Below, piece after piece: positions 37,714-46,743 of a DNA stretch of 64,000 nt (position 1 is its first letter; the number at the start of each line of letters is the position of its first letter). The DNA is taken from the NCBI GenBank assembly GCA_041662225.1, contig JBAZSX010000007.1, positions 30,958 through 94,957 of the forward strand. Direction: 5' to 3'. Below the pieces are notes generated by a model. It was not told where the DNA came from. It worked only from the letters and a program-made list of their open reading frames with translations, and searched no databases. The stretch is from Sulfurimonas sp. (lineage in GTDB: Bacteria > Campylobacterota > Campylobacteria > Campylobacterales > Sulfurimonadaceae). A program made the translations under genes and the position numbers.

Positions 37714-37740
37714 ATATCGACACATTTTTATTTTCCTTAA
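37714..37740 (-). promoter_or_regulatory. Candidate sigma28 (FliA) promoter
   Basis: TTAAGGAA-N11-GTCGATAT on the minus strand. Confidence 0.55.
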
Positions 37741-37807
37741 CAAGGAGGCTTAATGTTTTTATGTTAGAATATCAACTAAAATAATCTTTCATAATTAGGG
37801 GCTGATA

Positions 37808-39163
37808 TTGAGATACAGCGTAAGAGTGGCAATTGCCGGCATTATACTTATCCTCTTATCCGCTTGTGAAAATTCAAAATTTGTCAGAGAAAATTTATCT
37901 ATTAACGGCACTGCTGTTGATGGTTATATCTCGGGTGCAAATATCTGTTTGGATTTAGACAGTAACGGAATCTGCTCTGCTACGGAAGCAAAAACTACCA
38001 CGGCTGCTGATGGAACATTTAGCTTTAGCAATATAGAAAAAGGTGCTAATGAATATGGAACTGTAATATTGACAGGGGGAACAGATACGGCAACCAATAA
38101 AGTGTTTGGTGAAGTGCTCAAAAATGTTATAGATACTAAAAATGTCCATTCAACTATTTTAATAACTCCCTTAACCGACTTAACAGCCATAAATTTTTTG
38201 GATTTATCTGTAAAAAACAGTACAAAACTGAATGATTCAAGAGAGATGATAGAGGGCGGGCTCTCTCTTTCGCAAACTGATTTAGATAAAGACCCGATGC
38301 AAGATATTAAGATGTTTTTTAAAGTTCAAGATTTGCAATACATAAAAAAAATAGTGCAAAATGTCACCATCACCTCGCTAGCCCAAGATATAAATGTTAC
38401 TAAGAAACAAGAGATAGATTATAAAATTAAAAAGGCACTATTAACTACTATAGAAGAGAAGATGTGGGACACTTTAGATTTGTATATTGTATTGTCTGTC
38501 ATGGAAGCCCAAACCGGTGCCCATATATCTACACAAGCAAAGGAGTTCGTAGCCAAAAATCTTAATCAATTTAGGGATTCGCTTAAAGTGTTGAGTGCTG
38601 ATTCAAGATTAACGGTTAACATGCTGAGTAGGCTTCAGGTTCTTTTGGAAATACAAAGAGACACCTCCATAACTGCTATAAACTCCAAGGATTATAACGC
38701 AACAATAACTCCCATAGATTTAAACATTACTATTGATAAGATTACTCAAACGGATTTTAACACTACGGATGCAATCTATGATGGAGAGGCATGTTTAGAC
38801 AGCAGTGCCTATAATGTAATTGACAATACCAGTTTTATTCCCGATTCTACAGCGGACACAACAAATGGGGTCAATATAAAATCCAACATAGGGTTCAATA
38901 CTAAAATAGAAAAAACAGTAGTACAGCTCTTTTATCCTGATTTAGCTATGGCAAAAACAGCTGCAAAGACAATGTTTATTGGAGATAAATATTATCTTGA
39001 GTTTGATAATGCATGGATTTCAAATAGTGATAATAAAGTGTATATTCAAACGCCAAGTGGCGATAGCAACCTTTCTGAATGTTATAAACTTAATCTTTCA
39101 TCCACAAATGCCAATGTACTTACAACAACAAAAGTATTTAGATACTCGGGCTCTCTGTTTTAG
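37808..39163 (+). CDS. Surface lipoprotein, shorter paralog of 27678-30026
   Basis: Lipobox LSA-C; one GTAVDGYISGANICLDLDSNGIC domain plus the shared C-terminal domain. Confidence 0.8.
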   Translation: MRYSVRVAIAGIILILLSACENSKFVRENLSINGTAVDGYISGANICLDLDSNGICSATEAKTTTAADGTFSFSNIEKGANEYGTVILTGGTDTATNKVFGEVLKNVIDTKNVHSTILITPLTDLTAINFLDLSVKNSTKLNDSREMIEGGLSLSQTDLDKDPMQDIKMFFKVQDLQYIKKIVQNVTITSLAQDINVTKKQEIDYKIKKALLTTIEEKMWDTLDLYIVLSVMEAQTGAHISTQAKEFVAKNLNQFRDSLKVLSADSRLTVNMLSRLQVLLEIQRDTSITAINSKDYNATITPIDLNITIDKITQTDFNTTDAIYDGEACLDSSAYNVIDNTSFIPDSTADTTNGVNIKSNIGFNTKIEKTVVQLFYPDLAMAKTAAKTMFIGDKYYLEFDNAWISNSDNKVYIQTPSGDSNLSECYKLNLSSTNANVLTTTKVFRYSGSLF

Positions 39164-39181
39164 GCAATGTCATTTCTTTTC

Positions 39182-39267
39182 GGAAGCGATGGCTCGCCTT
39201 CGCTAAAGTGATGTCATGAAAGCAACAATACTCAATCATTTTCTACCGAAGGCAAGCCATCGGTTCC
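39182..39267. repeat. 86-bp inverted-repeat element, family A
   Basis: 21-bp arms GGAAGCGATGGCTCGCCTTCG / CGAAGGCAAGCCATCGGTTCC with 2 mismatches. Confidence 0.8.
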
Positions 39268-39289
39268 ATAGAAAGAAAAAGAAGTTCTT

Positions 39290-40312
39290 TTACAACACTG
39301 CAAATAGCCGAGTCTCATCCCTTGAAGCAAAAGGAGAGCTGCTCATTTGCATCTCATCAATGGACACAGTATAACTCTCCTCTGCCTTTGTTTTGCAATA
39401 TGTCAAGATAATCTTTGCCGCCAAGGCTTTGTCTGACTCACTTGCGTTTTTGCTCAGCATGGAGTGTGGACCCATTATTCCGACAGTTGAAAGATGAGAG
39501 TATTTATCGTTGACTATATTTCGCAGATGCTCATTCTCCTCTTTGTCTCTTCCGACTACAAGTTTCGCACCGTCACTGAGGCGAAAATGTCTTCCGTATT
39601 TCATAACTAAAATATCTTTTACTTCAAACTTGTCATACTTTATAAAGTCAAACATCTTTTTTCCAAAATGCTCATCTGTCAAAAGACAGCCTCCACCAGG
39701 GCTTTCAAAGTCATCTAATCCTATCTCGCTTGCAAGTTGCATCTGTCTGTCGCGGCTTCTGCCTGTGATGCCTTCTAACTTTTCTCTGTTCACCCAGCCA
39801 TTGATTTCTGCAATAGTCGGAGCTAACATTTTTGCCGAAAGAGGGCGAAGAAGAAGCCCGTTGCAATTGCTCTCATCCAGAACTGTTTGAAGCGCATCTT
39901 TGTTTTGGCTCATAGGTCTCTGCCCCATAACTTCACCGCTAATTAAAAAACTGGCACCTTCTGCTTCCATGATTCTCTTTGCAACGGCGAACATCTTTGC
40001 ATGGCAATCTATGCAGGGATTGAAGTTTTTGCCATAGCCATGTTTTGGGTCGAAGAGAACATCTTGAAGATATTCGTTTTGAATATCTATGATTTTTAGC
40101 TCTGCTCCCACTTGGTCACACATACTCTGCATGTGGGCAAGTCTGTCTTTTGTGCTTCCAAAACCTGTATTGATATTTACGGCTAAAACTTCTATCCCTT
40201 GGTCGATTATAAGTTTTATAGCCAGAGTAGAGTCTAGCCCACCGCTGAAGAGTGCGATTGCTTTCATGTTGTTTTCCTTTGTCGGCATGTGAAAATCAGT
40301 CGCCAAAAGCAA
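39290..40312 (-). CDS. PP-loop ATPase, ThiI/MnmA-like tRNA sulfur-modification family (likely start 40267)
   Basis: SGGLDS PP-loop; NPCIDC, GEVMGQRPMSQ and PGGGCLL motifs. Confidence 0.75.
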   Translation of the reverse strand: MLLATDFHMPTKENNMKAIALFSGGLDSTLAIKLIIDQGIEVLAVNINTGFGSTKDRLAHMQSMCDQVGAELKIIDIQNEYLQDVLFDPKHGYGKNFNPCIDCHAKMFAVAKRIMEAEGASFLISGEVMGQRPMSQNKDALQTVLDESNCNGLLLRPLSAKMLAPTIAEINGWVNREKLEGITGRSRDRQMQLASEIGLDDFESPGGGCLLTDEHFGKKMFDFIKYDKFEVKDILVMKYGRHFRLSDGAKLVVGRDKEENEHLRNIVNDKYSHLSTVGIMGPHSMLSKNASESDKALAAKIILTYCKTKAEESYTVSIDEMQMSSSPFASRDETRLFAVL

Positions 40313-41954
40313 CCAGTTCGCCCCGTTTTAATTTTGCAATTTTACCACGAAATTTTCTTATATAAAAAGCTTTCTCTTCAAAAGAGATAGAAGTCTGTAC
40401 ATTTACTTTTTTCAACTCTCTCTCATAATGTTTAGATAAAAAGGCTATCAGCTCATTTTTGAGTGCATCTTCATCTTGAAGCGCGTTAATATTATCATCC
40501 ACCAAAATCGCCATGAGTTGGGGTGCATCGCGGTGACCTTGAAGCGCCAATGAGAACTCTGATGCGTGAAATTGTAAAAGAGAGGGGTCCAGAACATCCA
40601 AAATCTGGTCAATAAAGTGCGGATACTCCAAAACCGTTTTTATGAGGCTGAGTTCCCACATGTCTTTATGCGTATTTTTGTGTACAAGCGGCGCATTCTT
40701 TGCAGTGTTAGTTTGATTTGTCAATTTGATGTACGAAGGGTTTATGCCTAATCTTTGAGCAAAATAGTTTTTGTATTTATCTTGAAGGATTGCCGATAAA
40801 GTTTTAATATATCCAATTCCTTCATGCATGGATGCTTCTTTTGCTTTTGGGTCGCTGAGGTTATAGCCCAGAAGAAGCTCGTCAAGCACAAACTCTATAA
40901 AAGGTTTTGGTTTTCTAAATATATTCGCCAGCTCTTCAACTGCACCTTTGGCAACCATGTCGGCAGGGTCAAGTCCTCCGCCGAAGATAACAACACCGCC
41001 GTCAAAGCCTGAAGCACTCAGAAGTTTTGCAGCTTTTAGAGCTGCCGCGCGACCGGCATTATCTCCGTCATACGCCATGATAACCTTTGCTTCACCTTTT
41101 CTGAGTTGTGGTAAATGCTCCGGTGTCAGTGCCGTACCTAGCGTCGCAACGGCATTTGTAAAACCCGCTTGATGGAGCATAATAACATCGAGATACCCCT
41201 CTGTTATGATTATCTCATGCAGTTTATATATGGATTGCTTTGCATGATGATAAGCGTAGAGAAGGCGAGATTTGTTAAAAAACGGAGTCTCGGGAGAGTT
41301 TACATATTTGGCTTGATGCCCCGTGATGGTTCTTCCGCCAAAACCGACAATAGTTCCATTCGCAGAGTGGATAGGGAAGGTAATTCGTTCTATAAATCTT
41401 GCAAATGTGGTTTTATTGTCGCTGTTGTACCCCACAACCCCCATCTCAATCGCTTCACCGATGTTGAGTTTTTGAGATTTAATATAGTTGATGGTTGCGA
41501 GAGAATCAGGTGCATAGCCCACACCAAACTTCTCAAGACTGCTCTCGTAAATGCCCCTTTCTTGTAAATAGTCGGAAGCGGTTTTATTTGAGCTGAGAAG
41601 ATTTTTGTACCACTCATTCACCATGTCCATAAGCGGAGAGCGAGGCTTATTTTGTTTGTTGTCGCTGTAGGAGAGTGAAAAATTATAGGTTGAAGCAAGT
41701 TTCTCTAACGCTTCCGGATAGCTCAGTTTTTCAAATTCCATAACAAATTTAAGGCTGTCGCCGCCGACTCCGCATCCAAAACAGTGGTATATCTGCTTTT
41801 GCGGACTCACTGTGAATGAGGCAGTTTTTTCACCATGGAAAGGGCAGGGAGCTTTAAAATTTGCACCCGATTTTTTTAACTCTACATAGGAGCCGACAAC
41901 ATCAACAATATCAAGTCGTGCTTTTAAAGCTTCTATGGAGTCTTGGGTAATCAT
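40296..41954 (-). CDS. dnaG: DNA primase
   Basis: CPFHGEKTASF / HCFGC zinc finger; EGYLDV and YDGDNAG TOPRIM motifs. Confidence 0.96.
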   Translation of the reverse strand: MITQDSIEALKARLDIVDVVGSYVELKKSGANFKAPCPFHGEKTASFTVSPQKQIYHCFGCGVGGDSLKFVMEFEKLSYPEALEKLASTYNFSLSYSDNKQNKPRSPLMDMVNEWYKNLLSSNKTASDYLQERGIYESSLEKFGVGYAPDSLATINYIKSQKLNIGEAIEMGVVGYNSDNKTTFARFIERITFPIHSANGTIVGFGGRTITGHQAKYVNSPETPFFNKSRLLYAYHHAKQSIYKLHEIIITEGYLDVIMLHQAGFTNAVATLGTALTPEHLPQLRKGEAKVIMAYDGDNAGRAAALKAAKLLSASGFDGGVVIFGGGLDPADMVAKGAVEELANIFRKPKPFIEFVLDELLLGYNLSDPKAKEASMHEGIGYIKTLSAILQDKYKNYFAQRLGINPSYIKLTNQTNTAKNAPLVHKNTHKDMWELSLIKTVLEYPHFIDQILDVLDPSLLQFHASEFSLALQGHRDAPQLMAILVDDNINALQDEDALKNELIAFLSKHYERELKKVNVQTSISFEEKAFYIRKFRGKIAKLKRGELVAFGD

Positions 41955-42042
41955 GGAGAAATTATATCCTTTTAGTGAATTAAATCATTATATTGTGGTA
42001 CAATTTCAACTCCAAAATTTTAAAGAAAGTGGGTGATGTGAT

Positions 42043-42255
42043 ATGCCTGGTATTATACTACGCAGTGATGATAATTTTGATGCATCTTACCGCCGTTTCA
42101 AAAAGCAGACTGACCGTAACTTAATCGTTACTGAAGCTCGTGCTCGCCGTTTCCATGAAACAGCAACTGAAAAGCTTAAGAAATTCAAAATTGCTTCTCG
42201 CAAAAAAATGCTTAAGCGTCTTTATATGATGAGACGCTACGAATCACGCCTCTAA
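42043..42255 (+). CDS. rpsU: 30S ribosomal protein S21
   Basis: MPGI...[16 protein letters not shown]...ARARRF basic 70-aa protein. Confidence 0.93.
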   Translation: MPGIILRSDDNFDASYRRFKKQTDRNLIVTEARARRFHETATEKLKKFKIASRKKMLKRLYMMRRYESRL

Positions 42256-42279
42256 GCGACAGCCTTCGGGCTGCGTTTA
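42256..42279 (+). terminator. Probable intrinsic terminator after rpsU
   Basis: CAGCC-TTCG-GGCTG hairpin followed by a short T run. Confidence 0.55.
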
Positions 42280-42327
42280 ACCTCTTCAAAAATCTCTTTT
42301 TTAACTAACTTCAAATATAATCCGCTT

Positions 42328-42837
42328 ATGAGATTCAGAGACATAAAAAAACAATCAAAATTACCAAAAAAAGCGTCGGCATTAGTTGCTGATTATGCAG
42401 ACTTTTTAGACCGTGCGAAAGCTTTTGTGACCGATATATTTATGATAGGTTTGCCTGTGGCACTCATTATTATGATGATGTTTGGCTACGATGAGACGAA
42501 AAGTGCCGGAGCTTTGGATGTTATCGTAAAAGATAAAAAAGCCATTACAAATGCCCCAAATCCTACGGCTTCCATAGTTCAAATAGTGCTTATTATGGGA
42601 GTGCATGTTCTTCTTTGGAGAAAAGATGGACAGACTCCGGGAAAAAAATTTGCACATATAAAAGTAGTAGATGCTAAAACCCTCAAAGAGGCTTCACTCT
42701 TTAAACTTATTATCCGTTTTATTGGCTATTTTGTATCGGTTCTTACGCTTGGATTTTTTTTGGGGCTTTTTAGAGATGATAAAAAAACTCTGCATGATTT
42801 ACTGAGCGGAACGGCTGTCATTCATACAAAATCATAA
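42328..42837 (+). CDS. RDD-family membrane protein
   Basis: RAKAFVTD, GQTPGKK...IKVVD and LHDLLSGT.V motifs. Confidence 0.88.
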   Translation: MRFRDIKKQSKLPKKASALVADYADFLDRAKAFVTDIFMIGLPVALIIMMMFGYDETKSAGALDVIVKDKKAITNAPNPTASIVQIVLIMGVHVLLWRKDGQTPGKKFAHIKVVDAKTLKEASLFKLIIRFIGYFVSVLTLGFFLGLFRDDKKTLHDLLSGTAVIHTKS

Positions 42838-42845
42838 CCTTTGCA

Positions 42846-43982
42846 ATGCATAGCAAAGAAGAAGGAAGTACTCTTAGAATGCCGGCACTCTTAGGAACTT
42901 TTTACTTTTTTTACTTCTCTATCGTCGGTGTTTACATTATCTTCATGCCAAAAGTGTTGGCGATGTCCGGCTACTCTGCAACCGAAATAGGAACAATCTT
43001 CGCAGTTGCTCCTCTGGTTCGTTTTTTACTCCCGTTTGCCTTTACAAGAGGATTAAAACTGAGTGTAAAAACATTTAATGCAGCACTCCTTGTTATGCTG
43101 CTGAGTTCTGTTGCCTTTTATTTTTCCCTCGATAATTTTTACAAACTTTTACTTGCAAACACAGGACTTGGAATCGGATTAAGCTTGATCCTCCCATACA
43201 TCGAACTCATTGCACTGAATCAAATAGGCAAAGAGAAGTATGGCAAGATTAGGCTCTTTGGCTCTGTCGGTTTTGTTTTGGTTGCACTTGTTTTGGTTCG
43301 CTTTTTAAGTGAGCCGATTGTAGCGTTAGAATTCTTAGTAGTGCTTACTTTTTTAACCGCGATAGTCGCTTTTGTAATTACAAAAGACACAAACAAAACG
43401 GAAGATAAAACAGAAGATGTGCAAAACGACATCAACCTCTTCCGTGATTGGAGGCTTTGGCTAGGGCTTACTCTTATGCAGGTAAGTTTTGGAGCCTATT
43501 ACAACTTTTTTACCATCTATGAAACAGACCATAGCGTGAGCATGAATATGACAATCTATTTGTGGAGTTTTGGGGTTTTGGCCGAGATTTTTATGCTCTA
43601 TTTTCAGGGAAAACTGCTTCGAGGAAATCTGCTTCTGATTTTGCAGATAACCACTTTTGTAACTGCTTTAAGATGGTTTTTACTATTTTTGTTTCCGCAA
43701 AACCTTTGGATACTCTTCTTCTCCCAAACACTCCATGCTCTCAGCTTCGCACTTTTTCACTCTGCGGCAATCAGCTATCTTTTTTATCTCTACAAGCACA
43801 AACCGCTTGCGCAACAGTTTTTTTCAGGAATCAGTTACGGTTTGGGGGGATTTAGCGGAGCACTACTTGCGGGATATATTTATGAGTTTTACCCGAAATA
43901 TCTCTTTTTAAGTTCAGCAATTCTTGCTCTCTTGGCATGTTGGTTTTTGTATGTGTGGAGTAGAGAGCGTATCATCCTATAA
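42846..43982 (+). CDS. MFS transporter, HcaT/MaltP-like
   Basis: About 12 hydrophobic segments; YGKIRLFGSVGF and LHALSFALFH. Confidence 0.85.
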   Translation: MHSKEEGSTLRMPALLGTFYFFYFSIVGVYIIFMPKVLAMSGYSATEIGTIFAVAPLVRFLLPFAFTRGLKLSVKTFNAALLVMLLSSVAFYFSLDNFYKLLLANTGLGIGLSLILPYIELIALNQIGKEKYGKIRLFGSVGFVLVALVLVRFLSEPIVALEFLVVLTFLTAIVAFVITKDTNKTEDKTEDVQNDINLFRDWRLWLGLTLMQVSFGAYYNFFTIYETDHSVSMNMTIYLWSFGVLAEIFMLYFQGKLLRGNLLLILQITTFVTALRWFLLFLFPQNLWILFFSQTLHALSFALFHSAAISYLFYLYKHKPLAQQFFSGISYGLGGFSGALLAGYIYEFYPKYLFLSSAILALLACWFLYVWSRERIIL

Positions 43983-43985
43983 TAG

Positions 43986-44771
43986 TTAAAAATCCATAAT
44001 CAAGTTGGCTGTAAATGTTCTATCTCCCCTTTGTGTATCTCGTGTAGGTAGATTTACATAATCAATTTTATAGCTTACACCTGCTGATAAAATATCTGTG
44101 ATCTTATTCGTAAATGCTGTTTTAGAGTAGATAAAGAAGTTGCTTACATCAAAAAATTCTGATCTGTAACTAAGCTCTTCAGTAAATTTTAGGTTTTCAA
44201 CTATATTTCTTTCGTAAAGTGCTTTGGCTCTGTATGAAGCGTAAGCCCTTGTTCCTCCGATGTCAGTGCCGATTATAGCAATACCCCCTGCATTTGGATA
44301 GGGAATTTCATTTCCAAGAGCATCAAAATTTACATCTGCTCTCTTATCTTTTGCATAAAGAATATTTCCCTCCATCGTTAGTTTATGCTCCTCTGTTTTA
44401 AAAAGCTTATGTTTCGCACTCGGACCTGTATAAAACTGATAATCAAAACTCGAAAATTTATCCTCTTTGTACCCGACCAAATAACCAAAAGAGAAGGTAT
44501 CCGTAACATCATAGTCGTAAGAAAACTCCGTATAGTATTTATTTTTATTCTCAACATTTTTATTTGTGCTGTATTGTCCGTCTAACATGAGCTCGAAAAC
44601 ATGTTGATTCCAACCCTTTTTTGCCTTTGCGTCAAGGCTTACGGCTGTAGTTGTGCTGGTTCCCTGTGTGTTGACATAGCCGAGTTCTGCATGAGAGACA
44701 AGATTATTGTCTGACTCTTTTGCCATGACTAAAGAGCTCAGTAGCATGGCAGCAGAGATTACTTTTTTCAT
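43986..44771 (-). CDS. DUF481 / YdiY-like outer-membrane beta-barrel
   Basis: HAELGYVNTQG, EDKFSS..YQ...GP; terminal Phe. Confidence 0.8.
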   Translation of the reverse strand: MKKVISAAMLLSSLVMAKESDNNLVSHAELGYVNTQGTSTTTAVSLDAKAKKGWNQHVFELMLDGQYSTNKNVENKNKYYTEFSYDYDVTDTFSFGYLVGYKEDKFSSFDYQFYTGPSAKHKLFKTEEHKLTMEGNILYAKDKRADVNFDALGNEIPYPNAGGIAIIGTDIGGTRAYASYRAKALYERNIVENLKFTEELSYRSEFFDVSNFFIYSKTAFTNKITDILSAGVSYKIDYVNLPTRDTQRGDRTFTANLIMDF

Positions 44772-44782
44772 TCATCTTTTCC

Positions 44783-45604
44783 TTATATGTTTTTTGTAAT
44801 AGTTTTGTTGTTCTCATGTTGCGTGAGCGGAAAAGAGAACCCTTTTTCTTCAAATGCAAGTTTTACGACTTCGAGCATGTCTGAGCAGACGCTTGTATAA
44901 TTTTCGGTTGCTACCCAAACTTTAAACGCCAGATTTACGCTGTATTGAGTAAGTTCATGTACTGCAACCAAAGGAGCAGGTTCGCTTAAAACTCTTGCAT
45001 CCTTATGAATAATATCCATTAAAATCTCTTTGGCAGCTCTTAAATCATCGCCGTAGCTTATGCTGAAGATAAGCTCAACTTTTCTCTCATGTCTGTTTGA
45101 AAAGTTTGTGATATTTTTGCTGATAATTGTTGAGTTGGGTATCGTGATAGTACTTCTGTCTGCGGCTTCCAAGATAGTTGAGAATAAATTTATCTCTTTT
45201 ACATTTCCGGTTGCCCCGGCTGTTTCGATTAAATCTCCGATTTTGAAGGGTCTAAAAACTATAATGATGATAGCAGCACCGATGTTTGAGAGTGAATCTT
45301 TGAGCGCCAGACCAACCGCTAAAGATGCCGCACCGAATACTGCCAAGAAAGAGGTTGTATTGACGCCGATAGTACTTAAAGCGGCTAAAACAACCATAAC
45401 GATGAGTAAAAAGTAGATAACGCTATTGGCAAATTCTACTAAAGTTTGATCAACGGCAGCCGTTTCCATCAGATTCTTTGTAATCATCGCAATCTTCCTT
45501 GCAGCCCACTTCCCGATAATAAAGATAAGAAGTGCCGCAAAAATATTTAATCCGTACTGGCTAGCATAAACCAGTAACATGTCTGAGTATTTTGATAGAT
45601 TCAT
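44783..45604 (-). CDS. mscS: Small-conductance mechanosensitive channel
   Basis: GLALKDSLSNIGAA, RPFKIGD and IPNS...ITNFS motifs. Confidence 0.9.
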   Translation of the reverse strand: MNLSKYSDMLLVYASQYGLNIFAALLIFIIGKWAARKIAMITKNLMETAAVDQTLVEFANSVIYFLLIVMVVLAALSTIGVNTTSFLAVFGAASLAVGLALKDSLSNIGAAIIIIVFRPFKIGDLIETAGATGNVKEINLFSTILEAADRSTITIPNSTIISKNITNFSNRHERKVELIFSISYGDDLRAAKEILMDIIHKDARVLSEPAPLVAVHELTQYSVNLAFKVWVATENYTSVCSDMLEVVKLAFEEKGFSFPLTQHENNKTITKNI

Positions 45605-45630
45605 GCTATTTCCTTTGATTTTTTTTTATA

Positions 45631-45951
45631 TTATAACGAATCATCAAAAAGCGTCATATTTTTTCTCCAATAGCCTCTGCCGCCTTTGAGCGAAATACAG
45701 TGATACTCCGGAAATTTCTCTTTGTACTCTTTAAGTCTATAAAGTGTTGATTTTCCGCTGTCGCAGTAAAATACAAAAACACTTCCTTTAGGATATTTTT
45801 TCATTTCAAAAGGGTTGTAGGTTATAGTGCGTGTATTTTCAATGGGCGATAAAATCGTATCAATCAAAACAACTTTAACACCATTCGTCTCAAGCTTTAA
45901 TTTATTTTGTAAGTACTCTTTTTGTGTCCACTCATCTGGATAACTCATCAT
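45631..45951 (-). CDS. Small rhodanese-like protein
   Basis: VFYCDSG and SLKGGRGYW resemble the rhodanese active-site loop and C-terminal motif. Confidence 0.5.
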   Translation of the reverse strand: MMSYPDEWTQKEYLQNKLKLETNGVKVVLIDTILSPIENTRTITYNPFEMKKYPKGSVFVFYCDSGKSTLYRLKEYKEKFPEYHCISLKGGRGYWRKNMTLFDDSL

Positions 45952-46002
45952 AAAACCTCTTGTTTATTTGTGCAATTATATAAAAGAAGTTTGAGTTGCA
46001 TA

Positions 46003-46743
46003 TTAAACTCTTTTAGAATTCACAAAAACCGCAACCGAACTAAGCAGTGCACCTAAAAATACTATGGTGTAGCCTGTCGGCAAATCGTAGTAGTAGGAGA
46101 CGATTATGGCAGTTATGCTAAAAAACCACCCAATGCCAAAACCGGCGAAAAGTGGGTTTTTAAAGGAGAGTGCTGTCGCCATGAGCGCCGGAGCGATAAG
46201 TAAAACAAACACGACCAGTACACCTGCTAAATGTACCGATGATGTGACTGTAAGAGCTAAAAGCGAGAAGAACAAAAGCTCCTTGTAAAAGCCATGAAGC
46301 CGTGGATGAACTTTCCAGATTGCAAGAGCAATAAGAGCGTAAATCGCTCCACTTTTTAACACATCGCTCATCGGCGTAAAGAGTATATCGTTGGCTAATA
46401 GTGATTTAAAGTGCTCCATTCCCTCTGCCGAGCTTGAGAGTACCATCATGATTCCACTTGCACCCAGAACATACAAAAGCCCGATAAATGCCTCGAGCTT
46501 CATCTCCCTTTGCGAAGCGACGGCTATTAAAAAAGCACTTAGCAGTGCAAAGAGAAGAGTTAAAATGTAAAAGTACTCTCCATGGAAATAGCCAAGGCTT
46601 ACAGCCGAGCCAAGCGCTGCGAACTGAGCTATAGCTAAATCTGTAAATATAATCCCTTTTTCTAAAATTTTTATCCCAAACCATGCATGTATCATTACAA
46701 GGATAATTACTAAAGCGATAGGAACTAGGAGAATATCAATCAT
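46003..46743 (-). CDS. Metal ABC transporter permease (ZnuB-like)
   Basis: IFTDLAIAQFAALG, GVLVVFVLLIAPA and DLPTG motifs. Confidence 0.85.
   Translation of the reverse strand: MIDILLVPIALVIILVMIHAWFGIKILEKGIIFTDLAIAQFAALGSAVSLGYFHGEYFYILTLLFALLSAFLIAVASQREMKLEAFIGLLYVLGASGIMMVLSSSAEGMEHFKSLLANDILFTPMSDVLKSGAIYALIALAIWKVHPRLHGFYKELLFFSLLALTVTSSVHLAGVLVVFVLLIAPALMATALSFKNPLFAGFGIGWFFSITAIIVSYYYDLPTGYTIVFLGALLSSVAVFVNSKRV

Noticed and set aside
36693-39267. Family A repeats as integron attC sites
   Set aside because: No RYYYAAC/GTTRRRY ends, no cassette-like spacing and no IntI.
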